From: Microgenomates group bacterium
Lineage (GTDB): Bacteria > Patescibacteriota > Microgenomatia > PFEM01 > JBNASD01
Assembly: GCA_049720225.1 (NCBI GenBank)
Contig: JBNASD010000002.1
Span: 1,622-65,621 of the forward strand
Reading direction: 5' to 3'
DNA: 64,000 nt
In this document: piece after piece, positions 21,498 to 30,701 of the stretch
Position numbering within the stretch: the first letter of the stretch is position 1
How the letters are laid out: each line of letters begins with the position of its first letter
Translations under genes and position numbers: made by a program
Notes under the pieces: model-generated
Seen by the model: the letters and a program-made list of their open reading frames with translations, nothing else
What the model was told of the DNA's origin: nothing
The model's database searches: none

Positions 21498-21839
21498 TTA
21501 AAGCCACCCCTTACTTTTTAAAAATAATTCTACCTCTCTTTTGATTGTCCAAAAGTCTTTTTCTAAAATTTCTTTTTTTGCTAAAAAAACTCCCCTAATC
21601 CCTTTTTTTATCTCCGGTAAAAAACCACGAATAACTGCCGCTAAAATTCTTTTAATTCTGTTTCTTTTACTCGCTTTTTTTTCTATTTTTTTCGAAACAA
21701 TAATCGCAAATTGAGGGGGAAAATTTTCTTTTTCTTCTAACAACAAAAAGTTAAAAAGAAAGCTACTAAAAAATTCCCTTTTTCTTTTTTGAAAAACTTG
21801 TTCTCTTTTAAGATTAATTCTGTTTTTTAAAGGAAGCAC
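21498..21839 (-). CDS. rnpA: ribonuclease P protein component
   Basis: 113 aa; basic KRNRIKRILR motif; positioned between rpmH and yidD. Confidence 0.85.
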   Translation of the reverse strand: MLPLKNRINLKREQVFQKRKREFFSSFLFNFLLLEEKENFPPQFAIIVSKKIEKKASKRNRIKRILAAVIRGFLPEIKKGIRGVFLAKKEILEKDFWTIKREVELFLKSKGWL

Positions 21840-21849
21840 TTTTAAAAAA

Positions 21850-21987
21850 CTAAACAGTTAATTTTTTCCTTCCTTTTTTTCTTCTTCTTTTAATTACATT
21901 TTGACCGGCTTTGGTTTTCATTCTTGCCCGAAAGCCATGCACTTTTTTTCTTCTTAATTTTTTAGGTTGCCAGGTTCTCTTCGGCAT
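21850..21987 (-). CDS. rpmH: 50S ribosomal protein L34
   Basis: Not in the ORF track. Manual translation gives [45 protein letters not shown], 45 aa. Confidence 0.9.
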   Translation of the reverse strand: MPKRTWQPKKLRRKKVHGFRARMKTKAGQNVIKRRRKKGRKKLTV

Positions 21988-22026
21988 AGCTTTAAATTAT
22001 AACTAATTTTATTATTCTTGACAAAT

Positions 22027-22035
22027 TGTGGATAA
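22027..22035 (-). promoter_or_regulatory. perfect DnaA box (TTATCCACA, reverse orientation) within the dnaA promoter spacer
   Basis: TGTGGATAA lies between a TTGACA -35 (22018..22023) and a TAGATT -10 (22041..22046). Confidence 0.6.
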
Positions 22036-22067
22036 CTTGGTAGATTAAAACCAATGCCCCCTTTAAA

Positions 22068-23435
22068 ATGAATAAAGATCGTCTTTGGCAAACTGCTTTA
22101 GAAAATTTAAAAATTTCACTTTCGCCAGCCAGTTTTAATACTTGGTTTTCTCAAACTTTTATTGTTAATATTAAAGTTCAAGAAGAAAAAAGACAAATCA
22201 TTGAGATTGGCTGCCCTAATGCTTTTGTTAGCCAAACGATTGAAAACCGTTATTATGGCTTAATCAAAGATATTCTTGACAAACTTACCGATAAAAAAAC
22301 CAGTTTAGTTTTTTTAGTTCGGCAAAAACCAAAAACAACTAAAATCACCAACGAAAAACCTGCTCCTCTTTTTGAAAAACCAGAAGAAAAATCAGAAGTA
22401 AAAGAAGCGATTCGAAAGGCGGGATTACGAGAAGATTTTACTTTTGATAACTTTGCAGTTTCTTCCACTAACCAAATGGCTTATGCCGCTGCCCAAGCGG
22501 TGGTTAAATCCCCCGGAAAAGCTTACAACCCTTTATTTCTTTATGGGGGAGTGGGGGTAGGAAAAACTCATTTAATGCAAGCAATCGGTAATGCTATTTT
22601 AGTAAAAAATCCGAAAACAAAATTAGTCTATTGTACTGGCGAAGAATTTACTAATGAAATTGTGGAGGCAATTAGACAAAAAACTACCGATGAATTTAAA
22701 AGGAAATATCGCAATATTAAAGTTTTGTTGGTTGACGATATTCAATTTATTGCCGGACGAGAAAAAGTTCAGGAAGAATTCTTTCATACTTTTAATGCTT
22801 TATGGAAGGTAGGGGGACAAATTGTCCTTACTTCTGATCGTCCTCCTCAAGAAATAAGCCGGTTGGAAGCAAGACTACGCTCTCGATTTGAGGGGGGATT
22901 AATTGTGGATATTCAAGAACCAGATTTTGAATTAAGAACCGCTATTTTACTTATTAAAGCCCAGCAAAGAAATCTCAATCTTCCCATGGATATTGCTCAA
23001 TTAATTGCCGGAAATATTACCTCCACTCGAGGATTGGAGGGTTTTTTGGCAAAATTAATTAATGAAACCGAAACCAAAAAAATCCCCATTACTCAAGAAT
23101 TAGTCACCGCTTTGTTGGGAAACGTTAATGGTCTTTCTCCTCAAAAATATGTTAAACCAAAAGAAATGATTTCTACTGTAGCTTCCCATTTTAATTTAAA
23201 AGTTTCTGAACTTTTAGGGTCGCGAAGAACAAAAACAATTGCCCTCGCTCGCCAAGTTTTAATGTATCTTTTAAGAACTGATTTAAAACTTCCTTTAGAA
23301 GAAATTGGAAAAATTTTAGGAGGGCGAGACCACTCCACAATTATTCATGGTGTGGAAAAAATTACTAATCTCTTGCCTGAGTCTGAGGATTTACGAGTGG
23401 ACATTATGGGGATAAGAAAAAAACTTTATGGATAA
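22068..23435 (+). CDS. dnaA: chromosomal replication initiator DnaA
   Basis: 455 aa; Walker A GGVGVGKTHL, box VII/sensor motifs, C-terminal DNA-binding HTH. Confidence 0.95.
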   Translation: MNKDRLWQTALENLKISLSPASFNTWFSQTFIVNIKVQEEKRQIIEIGCPNAFVSQTIENRYYGLIKDILDKLTDKKTSLVFLVRQKPKTTKITNEKPAPLFEKPEEKSEVKEAIRKAGLREDFTFDNFAVSSTNQMAYAAAQAVVKSPGKAYNPLFLYGGVGVGKTHLMQAIGNAILVKNPKTKLVYCTGEEFTNEIVEAIRQKTTDEFKRKYRNIKVLLVDDIQFIAGREKVQEEFFHTFNALWKVGGQIVLTSDRPPQEISRLEARLRSRFEGGLIVDIQEPDFELRTAILLIKAQQRNLNLPMDIAQLIAGNITSTRGLEGFLAKLINETETKKIPITQELVTALLGNVNGLSPQKYVKPKEMISTVASHFNLKVSELLGSRRTKTIALARQVLMYLLRTDLKLPLEEIGKILGGRDHSTIIHGVEKITNLLPESEDLRVDIMGIRKKLYG

Positions 23436-23463
23436 CTTTTTTAAAAAATTTTTTTAAATCAAC

Positions 23464-23472
23464 TTATCAACA
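23464..23472 (+). promoter_or_regulatory. DnaA box with one mismatch (TTATCAACA)
   Basis: Sequence match in the AT-rich dnaA-dnaN intergenic region. Confidence 0.45.
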
Positions 23473-23549
23473 AAAAACTTAACTTTGTTAACATCTAAAA
23501 TCTATTAAATAAAGCTGGAAAAATTAAACTAACTTTTTAAACTTTTCAC

Positions 23550-23558
23550 TTATCCACA
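23550..23558 (+). promoter_or_regulatory. perfect DnaA box (TTATCCACA)
   Basis: Exact consensus in the dnaA-dnaN intergenic region, flanked by AT-rich tracts. Confidence 0.6.
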
Positions 23559-23652
23559 AAACTACTAATACTAAATTAAGAAATAAAAGTTTATTTTTTG
23601 GGGGGGAATTTAATTATTGCGTCTTTAAATTTTTTTTGTTAGGATTTAAGTA

Positions 23653-24777
23653 ATGAAAGCAATTGTTCTTCAAGAAAATTTTTTAAAGGGGCTTTCTTTG
23701 GTCAGTCGGGCAGTTTCTTCTAAAAGCCAACTTCCTGTTTTAAGTAATATTTTAATTACCACCGAAAAAGGTCAACTAAAACTTTCTGCTACTAATTTAG
23801 AAACGGGAATAAATTATTGGTTAGGAGCAAAAATTGAAAAAGAAGGAGCAATTTGTGTTTCCGCGAAAAATTTAACGGAATTTGTTTCTTTTCTTCCTCC
23901 GGAAAAAATAGAATTGGAGGTAAAAGAAAATTCTTTAAGTTTAAAATCAGGAAATTATTCAGCTAGTTTTGTTGGTTTATCACCAAGCGAGTTTCCTTTA
24001 TTGCCAACAGTAGACTTAAAAGGGATTTTTTCTTTTGATTATCAAAAAATGGCAGAAGCAATTAATCAACTTTTTTTTGCTGCCTCAACCGACGAATCAA
24101 GGCCAGTACTTACGGGAATTTTGTTTCAAATTAAAGATGGTGACTTAATTCTGGTAGCAACCGATGGTTATCGTCTTTCATTTAAAAAAATTGAAAAATT
24201 AAAAGGGTTGGAAAAATTAAAAGAAATTAAAGAAAAAATAATTATTCCGGCAAAATCTTTAGTGGAGGTAATTAGAGTTTTAGAAGAAGAAAAAGAAGGA
24301 AAAATTAATTTAGATTTAATTTCTTCTTCTACTCAGGTAGTTTTTTCTTCCGCGCACGCTCAGGTAATTTCCCGGTTAATTGAAGGAGATTTTCCTGATT
24401 TTGAAAGAATTATTCCTTCTTCTTACAATACCAAAATAATTTTAGAAAAAGAAGATTTTTTAAGAGCAGTTCGGAGCGCGGCAATTTTTGCTCGAGAATC
24501 GGCTAATGTCGTTAAATTAAAAATTAAAAAAGGAGAATTAAAAATTAGTGCCAATGCTCCTCAGGTAGGAGAAAACTTGGTGAACTTAGAAGTCTCTCAA
24601 GAAGGAGAGGATAATAATATTGCTTTTAACGTTCGTTATCTTTTAGATTTCTTAAATTCTACTTCAGCAAAAAAGATTGTTTTTGAGACTTCAGGAGCTT
24701 TAAATCCCGGCGTTTTTAAACCAGAAGATGATTCTTCTTATCTTCATTTAATTATGCCGGTTAGGGTACAGGAGTAG
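23653..24777 (+). CDS. dnaN: DNA polymerase III beta sliding clamp
   Basis: 374 aa; MKAIVLQENFLKGLSLVSRAV... N-terminus typical of DnaN; three-domain length. Confidence 0.9.
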   Translation: MKAIVLQENFLKGLSLVSRAVSSKSQLPVLSNILITTEKGQLKLSATNLETGINYWLGAKIEKEGAICVSAKNLTEFVSFLPPEKIELEVKENSLSLKSGNYSASFVGLSPSEFPLLPTVDLKGIFSFDYQKMAEAINQLFFAASTDESRPVLTGILFQIKDGDLILVATDGYRLSFKKIEKLKGLEKLKEIKEKIIIPAKSLVEVIRVLEEEKEGKINLDLISSSTQVVFSSAHAQVISRLIEGDFPDFERIIPSSYNTKIILEKEDFLRAVRSAAIFARESANVVKLKIKKGELKISANAPQVGENLVNLEVSQEGEDNNIAFNVRYLLDFLNSTSAKKIVFETSGALNPGVFKPEDDSSYLHLIMPVRVQE

Positions 24778-25231
24778 GGGAGGAAACATAACGATAATCG
24801 ATTTTATGTGTTTGAGGATCTATCCCTAAAGAAGATATCCAGTCTAAAACTTCTTTTTCAATAAGGTTTTTGTCAATTTTATTTTTTATTTTAACTTCAA
24901 GATGTAAAGGAGCAATATAATCAACTAAAAAATTTTGAGTTTCATAAGGAAGATATTCTATTAAAGGAAACTTTATTTTTAGGGAATCTAAAATAGTTTG
25001 AGGGTTATCTCCTTTTCCCTCGGGAGAGAACGTGGGCGAAGGAGTCATTTTTTCTAAAATGGTAGGAGTGGGGGTAAAAGCGGAGAAGGGAGTGGGAGTT
25101 AAAGAGAGAGAGGGAAAAAAGGGAGAAGGAGTTGTTTTTTGATTAGCTATTATTTTCAAAAAAAATAGGATAGAAGCGATAAAAGAAAGACCTAAAATTA
25201 AAAAAAATAAGTTTTTTTTGTTTTTTTTCAT
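24761..25231 (-). CDS. small membrane-anchored protein with Pro/Thr/Ser-rich linker
   Basis: 156 aa; N-terminal TM, low-complexity PTPFSAFTPTPT region; first gene of the secretion-like cluster. Confidence 0.35.
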   Translation of the reverse strand: MKKNKKNLFFLILGLSFIASILFFLKIIANQKTTPSPFFPSLSLTPTPFSAFTPTPTILEKMTPSPTFSPEGKGDNPQTILDSLKIKFPLIEYLPYETQNFLVDYIAPLHLEVKIKNKIDKNLIEKEVLDWISSLGIDPQTHKIDYRYVSSPTPVP

Positions 25232-27963
25232 TGTGGTCTTAAAAATCCGTCAAAATAAACCGGGTTGATTTTAGTTATTTTAATTAATCCGTTTTGATCA
25301 CCAAAAGCCTGCGCCAACCAAATTAAATTATCTTCTTTATTAACAATGATTCCAATATGGCCATATTCTCCCCCCCTTATTACCGCTAAATCTCCAATTG
25401 TCGCTTGTTTGGGATCATTAATTATTATATAACCAGAAGGAAGATTATCAAGATAATCTTTAGCATGTCTTCCACCGCCAGGATCCCTTCCTAAGGCAGC
25501 CATTATCCCTCTTACAAAACCTACACACTGAAGACCCGGTCCGACATTAAAAACAGAATAATGAAATTGCTCAATAATGATTGTTTTAACTTCCTCAGAA
25601 AGATCACTAGCTCGAATACAATTTTCTGTGTCTTCCCATGTGGAAGAATTTACATAATCAATTCCGCATTGATTAAGAATCCAGATAACACTTTCCGCTA
25701 AATGCCCAGCAACACTTGGATCACGAGGAGAAACTGCCGTACCAATATAAGATGGGGTAGTTCCTTTTCCTTCTTCTAAAAAAGCTCCTCCAACGGTAAT
25801 AATGGTTAAAAGAGAAACGCCAGTAATTGCTCCGATACTTCCTGTTGTGGCAATTACCGGTAAGAAAGAGGGAATAGAAATCGAAGATAAAGAAGAAAGA
25901 AATCCGCTAATAGTATTTCCTATTCCCATTAAAAAAGATCCCAATTTTCCTGCCAGAAAACCTAAAAAAGGAGTTCCTTTGCTTAAAATTCCCAATAATA
26001 AAGAAAGAATACCCGCAGTAATTAAAGTTGGCCCTAAGAATGTTCCTAAAGGAAGAAAAAATCCCAATAAAATTAAAGAGGAACCAAAAATAATTCCAAT
26101 CTCAGGAGATTCTTTTATTTTTTTAAAGAACTTTTTAAAAAGAGACGGAAGAGAAGTTAAAATAAAAGTCACTATTCCCCCAAGTGGGGTAGAAAAAAAA
26201 CTAACAATTGTCGAAAGACCGACTTTAATTCCTAATTTTTTAACCCCCCAACTTCCTATTTTGGTTAAAATTTTTATTGCCCCCTGACCTAATAATTTTC
26301 CTATTTTAGTGTTTTTAAAAAACTTCCAAAAAGCCCTTTTTATTTGATAAAAACTTTTTATTTTTCCAAAAGTTAAAATTTTAATTAAAGGATTTTCGGG
26401 AATTTTAATTTTTTGGGTGACGAATTTAATTAAAAAAGACGGTTTTAAGAAAGAAGGAGAATAAAACCTACTAAAAATCTTAAGATAAAAAGGCGATTCT
26501 TGGAAAATAGCTTTTTGGATATTCTTCCAAAACAAAAGCCGCGAACTTTGGGGGTAAATATTTTCAAGGGAAACAACTATTTCTTCTACTATTTTGGGAG
26601 TAAATCCCTTAGCTAAATAAACTAACCCCAAATGTTGTTCTTGATATTCTTGGGGAGCTAAACTAATTAAACCCTGCAGTGGTTTTACTACTAAAGAAAG
26701 AAGAAAGCGTTGAGGGGTAGGTTTAAATTTTAAGAAAAAGAAAGAGACTTTTTCTAAACCTTCTTTGGTGCTCCATGAAGTTACTTTTTGGATGATTCTT
26801 TTTGCAGAAGAAATAAGTCCTTCTGGAGGAACGAAAGGTAAAAGCTCTTCTTCTAAAAAATTTCCTAATTTTTCTGGACCTATAAACTGAGAAAATTTTG
26901 AATGAAAATCAAAAATCCGATTAGTAATTTTTTGAACAAGGATTTTAATTTCTTCAGGAGGTTTTTTTAAGGATAGTTCTTTAATTTCAGAAAAAACAGC
27001 TTCTCTCCACCTTTCTAAGTCTTCCTCAATTAAAATTAAAGCAGGCTCTATTTGTTGAAGAATTTCTTGAGCTACTTCCGGAATTTTTGGGTGAGATAAA
27101 GAAATAGAATCTAAAATTTCTACTAATTTTTGGGAACTTTTTTGGGGAGAACGGGTGGAAATTTCTCCGGTTTTAATTTTTTCGATAATAGCAGAAACTA
27201 TTTTTTGATTAATTTGAGTAATTTCTTCTTGGGATAGGTCATATTTTTTTAAAGATAAATCAACGCCTTGAGATAGATAAGAAAAAAGAGAAGAGGAAAT
27301 TAAAGAGGAGACTGTTATTGGTCGAGAAACAACGGCAACCTTTGCGGCAAGTGGATAGGTAGCGGTAGTGATTTCATCAACAACTTCCTGAGGAGAAAAG
27401 GAAGGAAGGAGTGATTTTAAAACAGGAATAATTATTTCTTCTTTATACCTTTCTAGAGGAGGTTCTCTCTTAAAAAAAGAAGAACTTATTGTTGAGGTAA
27501 TTTTTTCTATACATTCTCTAGCAATTTTTAAAGAAAATATCCTGGCTGTTAACGGGTTAAGTCTTCTTTTTTCAAGAATTTCTTTAATTCTTTGTCGATA
27601 TTCTTGAAAAGAAGAATCAAATCCTAAGACATTTTCTTGGTTTTCTAGATATTCTTCATAAGCCTTTACAATTTCTTGAAGATTTTCTGGTAAATTTCTT
27701 GGAGAGGAAGTTTCTTGAATTAATATTTCATTAATTTTTAAATAAACCCTTTTTAAAAAATCAGGGTCTTTTGGATCAAGTTCTGGAAAAAAATTGGCTA
27801 AATAAAACAAAAGATCAGAAGGTTTTTCTATTTTTATTTTTAATTTTTCTAAAAAAATTTTTATTTCTGGTTGTTGAGAAACTTCCTCAAAAGGTTCTCC
27901 AAAAAGAAGAGTAAAAACTAAAAACTGAAGAATTTGATAAAACTTTTTTTGCTCTTCAGTCAT
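25228..27963 (-). CDS. large membrane protein with C-terminal CHAP (Cys/His amidohydrolase) peptidoglycan-hydrolase domain (PrgK/VirB1-like role)
   Basis: 911 aa; N-terminal region of about 550 aa with no signal peptide, then a block of TM helices (residues about 560-720), then CHAP motifs ...GLQCVGFVRG... and ...GEYGHIGIIV.... Confidence 0.65.
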   Translation of the reverse strand: MTEEQKKFYQILQFLVFTLLFGEPFEEVSQQPEIKIFLEKLKIKIEKPSDLLFYLANFFPELDPKDPDFLKRVYLKINEILIQETSSPRNLPENLQEIVKAYEEYLENQENVLGFDSSFQEYRQRIKEILEKRRLNPLTARIFSLKIARECIEKITSTISSSFFKREPPLERYKEEIIIPVLKSLLPSFSPQEVVDEITTATYPLAAKVAVVSRPITVSSLISSSLFSYLSQGVDLSLKKYDLSQEEITQINQKIVSAIIEKIKTGEISTRSPQKSSQKLVEILDSISLSHPKIPEVAQEILQQIEPALILIEEDLERWREAVFSEIKELSLKKPPEEIKILVQKITNRIFDFHSKFSQFIGPEKLGNFLEEELLPFVPPEGLISSAKRIIQKVTSWSTKEGLEKVSFFFLKFKPTPQRFLLSLVVKPLQGLISLAPQEYQEQHLGLVYLAKGFTPKIVEEIVVSLENIYPQSSRLLFWKNIQKAIFQESPFYLKIFSRFYSPSFLKPSFLIKFVTQKIKIPENPLIKILTFGKIKSFYQIKRAFWKFFKNTKIGKLLGQGAIKILTKIGSWGVKKLGIKVGLSTIVSFFSTPLGGIVTFILTSLPSLFKKFFKKIKESPEIGIIFGSSLILLGFFLPLGTFLGPTLITAGILSLLLGILSKGTPFLGFLAGKLGSFLMGIGNTISGFLSSLSSISIPSFLPVIATTGSIGAITGVSLLTIITVGGAFLEEGKGTTPSYIGTAVSPRDPSVAGHLAESVIWILNQCGIDYVNSSTWEDTENCIRASDLSEEVKTIIIEQFHYSVFNVGPGLQCVGFVRGIMAALGRDPGGGRHAKDYLDNLPSGYIIINDPKQATIGDLAVIRGGEYGHIGIIVNKEDNLIWLAQAFGDQNGLIKITKINPVYFDGFLRPQ

Positions 27964-28023
27964 AATTTAATGATACAGTAAAATTTTTTACAAAACAAAC
28001 CTAAAAGAAGTTTTATAAATTTT

Positions 28024-29814
28024 TTAGCGGTTTAAGTTAGTAAAGACTTCTTCTGGTTTAGTAGTTATCAAACGGTGTTCCTCTGGGGAGGAAACCGCTT
28101 TGATGGCGACGTGATTAGCACCAGCAAAAAAGAGTCCCTCGCCGACATTAGCGGAAAGAAGAAAATTTTTTTCTCCTTCGGAAAGGTAGAAAACTTCTCC
28201 TACTTTTTCAATTGAAGCGGGGGATTGTTTCATTAAAATTTGAATTGAAGAATTGGTAACAATGGCCTTTCCTAAATCAGTAGCCAAAAAGTCTTCTACA
28301 TCTTGAGTGATAGTGGTTAAACCTAACCAGTATTTTCTCGCTCTTTTGGCAATGGAATATAAAAAGTTTGCCGAATCAGGATATTTCATTAAATGCCAGG
28401 CTTCGTCAACGACTAGAATTCTTTTTTTCATATCTTTTTTAATTTTTGTCCAAATATAATCAAGGATAATAAACATGGCAATTGGCCGAAGACTTTCTTC
28501 TAATTCTTTAATGGAAAAAACCGTAAAATAGTTTTTAATATCGACATTAGAGGGTTGGTCAAAGATTCCCATAAAGCTTCCTTTAATAAATTTTTCTAAA
28601 CGAACCGCCAATGAATTTGCTTCCGGTTCCTCCATTCCGATTAACACTTTATAAAGATCCTCCATTAAAGGCGGTTCTTTCTTTTGGGTTTCTGGTTCAG
28701 GGGTAATTCCTTTCATTTTGTAAGTGGCAACCAACGCTTTATCTAAAAGCGCTTCTTGAGTAGGGGTAAGATCGCCCATAATTATTTTAAACAAAGAATG
28801 CAAAGAAAGAATTTTTAAACCTAACTCATTTTCTCCCTCCTCATAAACTTGAGAAAGATCAAAGGGATTAATTTTTGCTTGAGAATTAAAACCAAAAGAA
28901 ATATATTCTCCACCGACTGCCTGGGCTAAAGTTTTATACTCATCCTCAGGATCAATAACAATAATTTCTGTGCCAAACATCAAAGAGCGGAGAATTTCTA
29001 GTTTTACTAAATAACTTTTTCCCGATCCTGACTTTCCAAAAACAACCGAATTGGCGTTTTCTAAGGTAAATCGATCGAAAACCACCAACGAACCGTTATG
29101 TTGGTTTATTCCGTATAAAATTCCTTCATTGGCAGTTAGTTCTGAAGAGGTAAAAGGAAAAGTAGTTGCCAAAGAAGTGGTATCCATATTGCGAGTAATC
29201 ATTAATTTGTCCAAACAAGTAGGAATAGTGGTTTTAAATCCATCTTCCATTTGTAAAGTGGCGTGTTTGGAAACAATGAGTAAAGATCCAAGCATTGCCA
29301 CTACTTGTTTGGAAATCTGGTTTAACTCTTCTAAAGAGTTGGCCGGAATAGTGATATAAAGACCAAATTGAAAAAATCTTTCTGCTCCTTTTACCAATTC
29401 TTCTTGAAGTTTTCGGGCGTCTTCTAATTTAGCTAAAGTAGCAGGATCAGGAAGTCTTCCTTTTTCGGTGGTGATTTGAATTTCTGCCTCCATTTCTGTA
29501 ATTTTTCTTCTTAATTCATCCAAAACCCCTTTTGCCTCAACCGGATAAATATACATCGCTATTTCTAAACTGTGATCAAAATTAATTAATGGCCCGAGCC
29601 AATTAGGAGAAACAAAACGAGGATAACCGGCAACAAAAAGAGTCCGAAAATATTTGTTACCAATTTTAATATAATCAAAATCAACTTCAATTGCCGAGGG
29701 GGCAATAATGTCTTTTATAGAAACCAAACCTTGATTAAATTTTTCAAGGTCTTGGTTTTCTTGAGAGTGATTTTCTTCAGCCTTCTTTTTAAAAGAGAAA
29801 AAATTAATTTTCAT
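28024..29814 (-). CDS. type IV secretion VirB4/TrsE/PrgJ-family ATPase
   Basis: 596 aa; Walker A VVFGKSGSGKSY, Walker B ILVVDEAWHLM; N-terminal IAPSAIEVDFDYIKIGNKYFRTLFVAGYP is typical of Gram-positive and CPR VirB4 homologues. Confidence 0.85.
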   Translation of the reverse strand: MKINFFSFKKKAEENHSQENQDLEKFNQGLVSIKDIIAPSAIEVDFDYIKIGNKYFRTLFVAGYPRFVSPNWLGPLINFDHSLEIAMYIYPVEAKGVLDELRRKITEMEAEIQITTEKGRLPDPATLAKLEDARKLQEELVKGAERFFQFGLYITIPANSLEELNQISKQVVAMLGSLLIVSKHATLQMEDGFKTTIPTCLDKLMITRNMDTTSLATTFPFTSSELTANEGILYGINQHNGSLVVFDRFTLENANSVVFGKSGSGKSYLVKLEILRSLMFGTEIIVIDPEDEYKTLAQAVGGEYISFGFNSQAKINPFDLSQVYEEGENELGLKILSLHSLFKIIMGDLTPTQEALLDKALVATYKMKGITPEPETQKKEPPLMEDLYKVLIGMEEPEANSLAVRLEKFIKGSFMGIFDQPSNVDIKNYFTVFSIKELEESLRPIAMFIILDYIWTKIKKDMKKRILVVDEAWHLMKYPDSANFLYSIAKRARKYWLGLTTITQDVEDFLATDLGKAIVTNSSIQILMKQSPASIEKVGEVFYLSEGEKNFLLSANVGEGLFFAGANHVAIKAVSSPEEHRLITTKPEEVFTNLNR

Positions 29815-30700
29815 TTTTATTTAAATCCGGATTTTTAACTAGATTATTAATTTTTTCTAAAACCGCATCAATTGGTTCTGGTTTTGTTGTTTTTTGAACT
29901 TGAGAATTTTGTTTTTCTTCCTGAGAAAAAATTACATTATTTTGGGGAGGAGAATTTGGGGTAACAGAAGGAGAGTTATTTTGAGATTCGGTTGGTTTTT
30001 CTAAAGAAAAATTACGCTGAGGAAGAGTGGCTTCAACCATTGGTTGAGTGTAATATTCGGTTTCTTCGACTTGTTGTCCTGGTGATTCAGGATTATAGAT
30101 TTCAAAAAAAAGCTTAATTAGCTCTTTGGTATCTAATTGTTTTCCTTTAATTCCCAATCGCCGCAAGAGACGAATAATGTGGTCTTTTTTAGGTAAAAGA
30201 TTAATTTTTGCTTTTTGAAGAATATAGTCTTTATCAAAGGGAAGCTTTTTGGAGGTAGGTTTTAAGCTTTGAGTGAGAGTTTTTATTCCGCTAATTTCTA
30301 AAGGACTCATCGGAATTACAATATAAAATTTTTTATCCAAGACATTATTTTTTTTAACTGTCTCTTCGACAAATTGAATATATTTTAAAATTTGATTTTT
30401 AATTAAAGGACGCGTTTCTTTTTCGCCGGTTTTTTTTAGGAGATTAATATAATCGCTAACATCTTTTGGTTGAGTACGGATAACAATTTGGATAGGAAAA
30501 GTTAAAGAATTAAGAAGGGCGGCATAGGCGTAAATCATTGCTTCTTGTTCTTTTTCTGATAAAAGATCGTAATTAATAGCGCTGACGCTTAAAATAACAC
30601 ACGCTCCGCCGTTTTTTAAAAGAACAATTCCCTCGCGGATATCTTCAATTTCTAGGTGGTCTTGGGTGCTGGCGCGAATGGCAATTTGGGCAGGATCCAT
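29804..30700 (-). CDS. VirB4 N-terminal-domain-like protein (possibly a split VirB4) with Q/N/S/P-rich tail
   Basis: 298 aa; HLEIEDIREGIVLLKNGGACVILSVSAINYDLLSEKEQEAMIYAYAALLNSL resembles the CagE/TrbE/VirB4 N-terminal domain pattern; 11-nt overlap with the ATPase gene; C-terminal low-complexity tail. Confidence 0.4.
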   Translation of the reverse strand: MDPAQIAIRASTQDHLEIEDIREGIVLLKNGGACVILSVSAINYDLLSEKEQEAMIYAYAALLNSLTFPIQIVIRTQPKDVSDYINLLKKTGEKETRPLIKNQILKYIQFVEETVKKNNVLDKKFYIVIPMSPLEISGIKTLTQSLKPTSKKLPFDKDYILQKAKINLLPKKDHIIRLLRRLGIKGKQLDTKELIKLFFEIYNPESPGQQVEETEYYTQPMVEATLPQRNFSLEKPTESQNNSPSVTPNSPPQNNVIFSQEEKQNSQVQKTTKPEPIDAVLEKINNLVKNPDLNKNEN

Positions 30701-30701
30701 T

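Noticed and set aside
25802-26287. 161-aa plus-strand ORF inside the CHAP protein gene
   Set aside because: It is nested antisense to a 911-aa ORF with clear TM and CHAP motifs, and it is Pro/Lys-rich low complexity.
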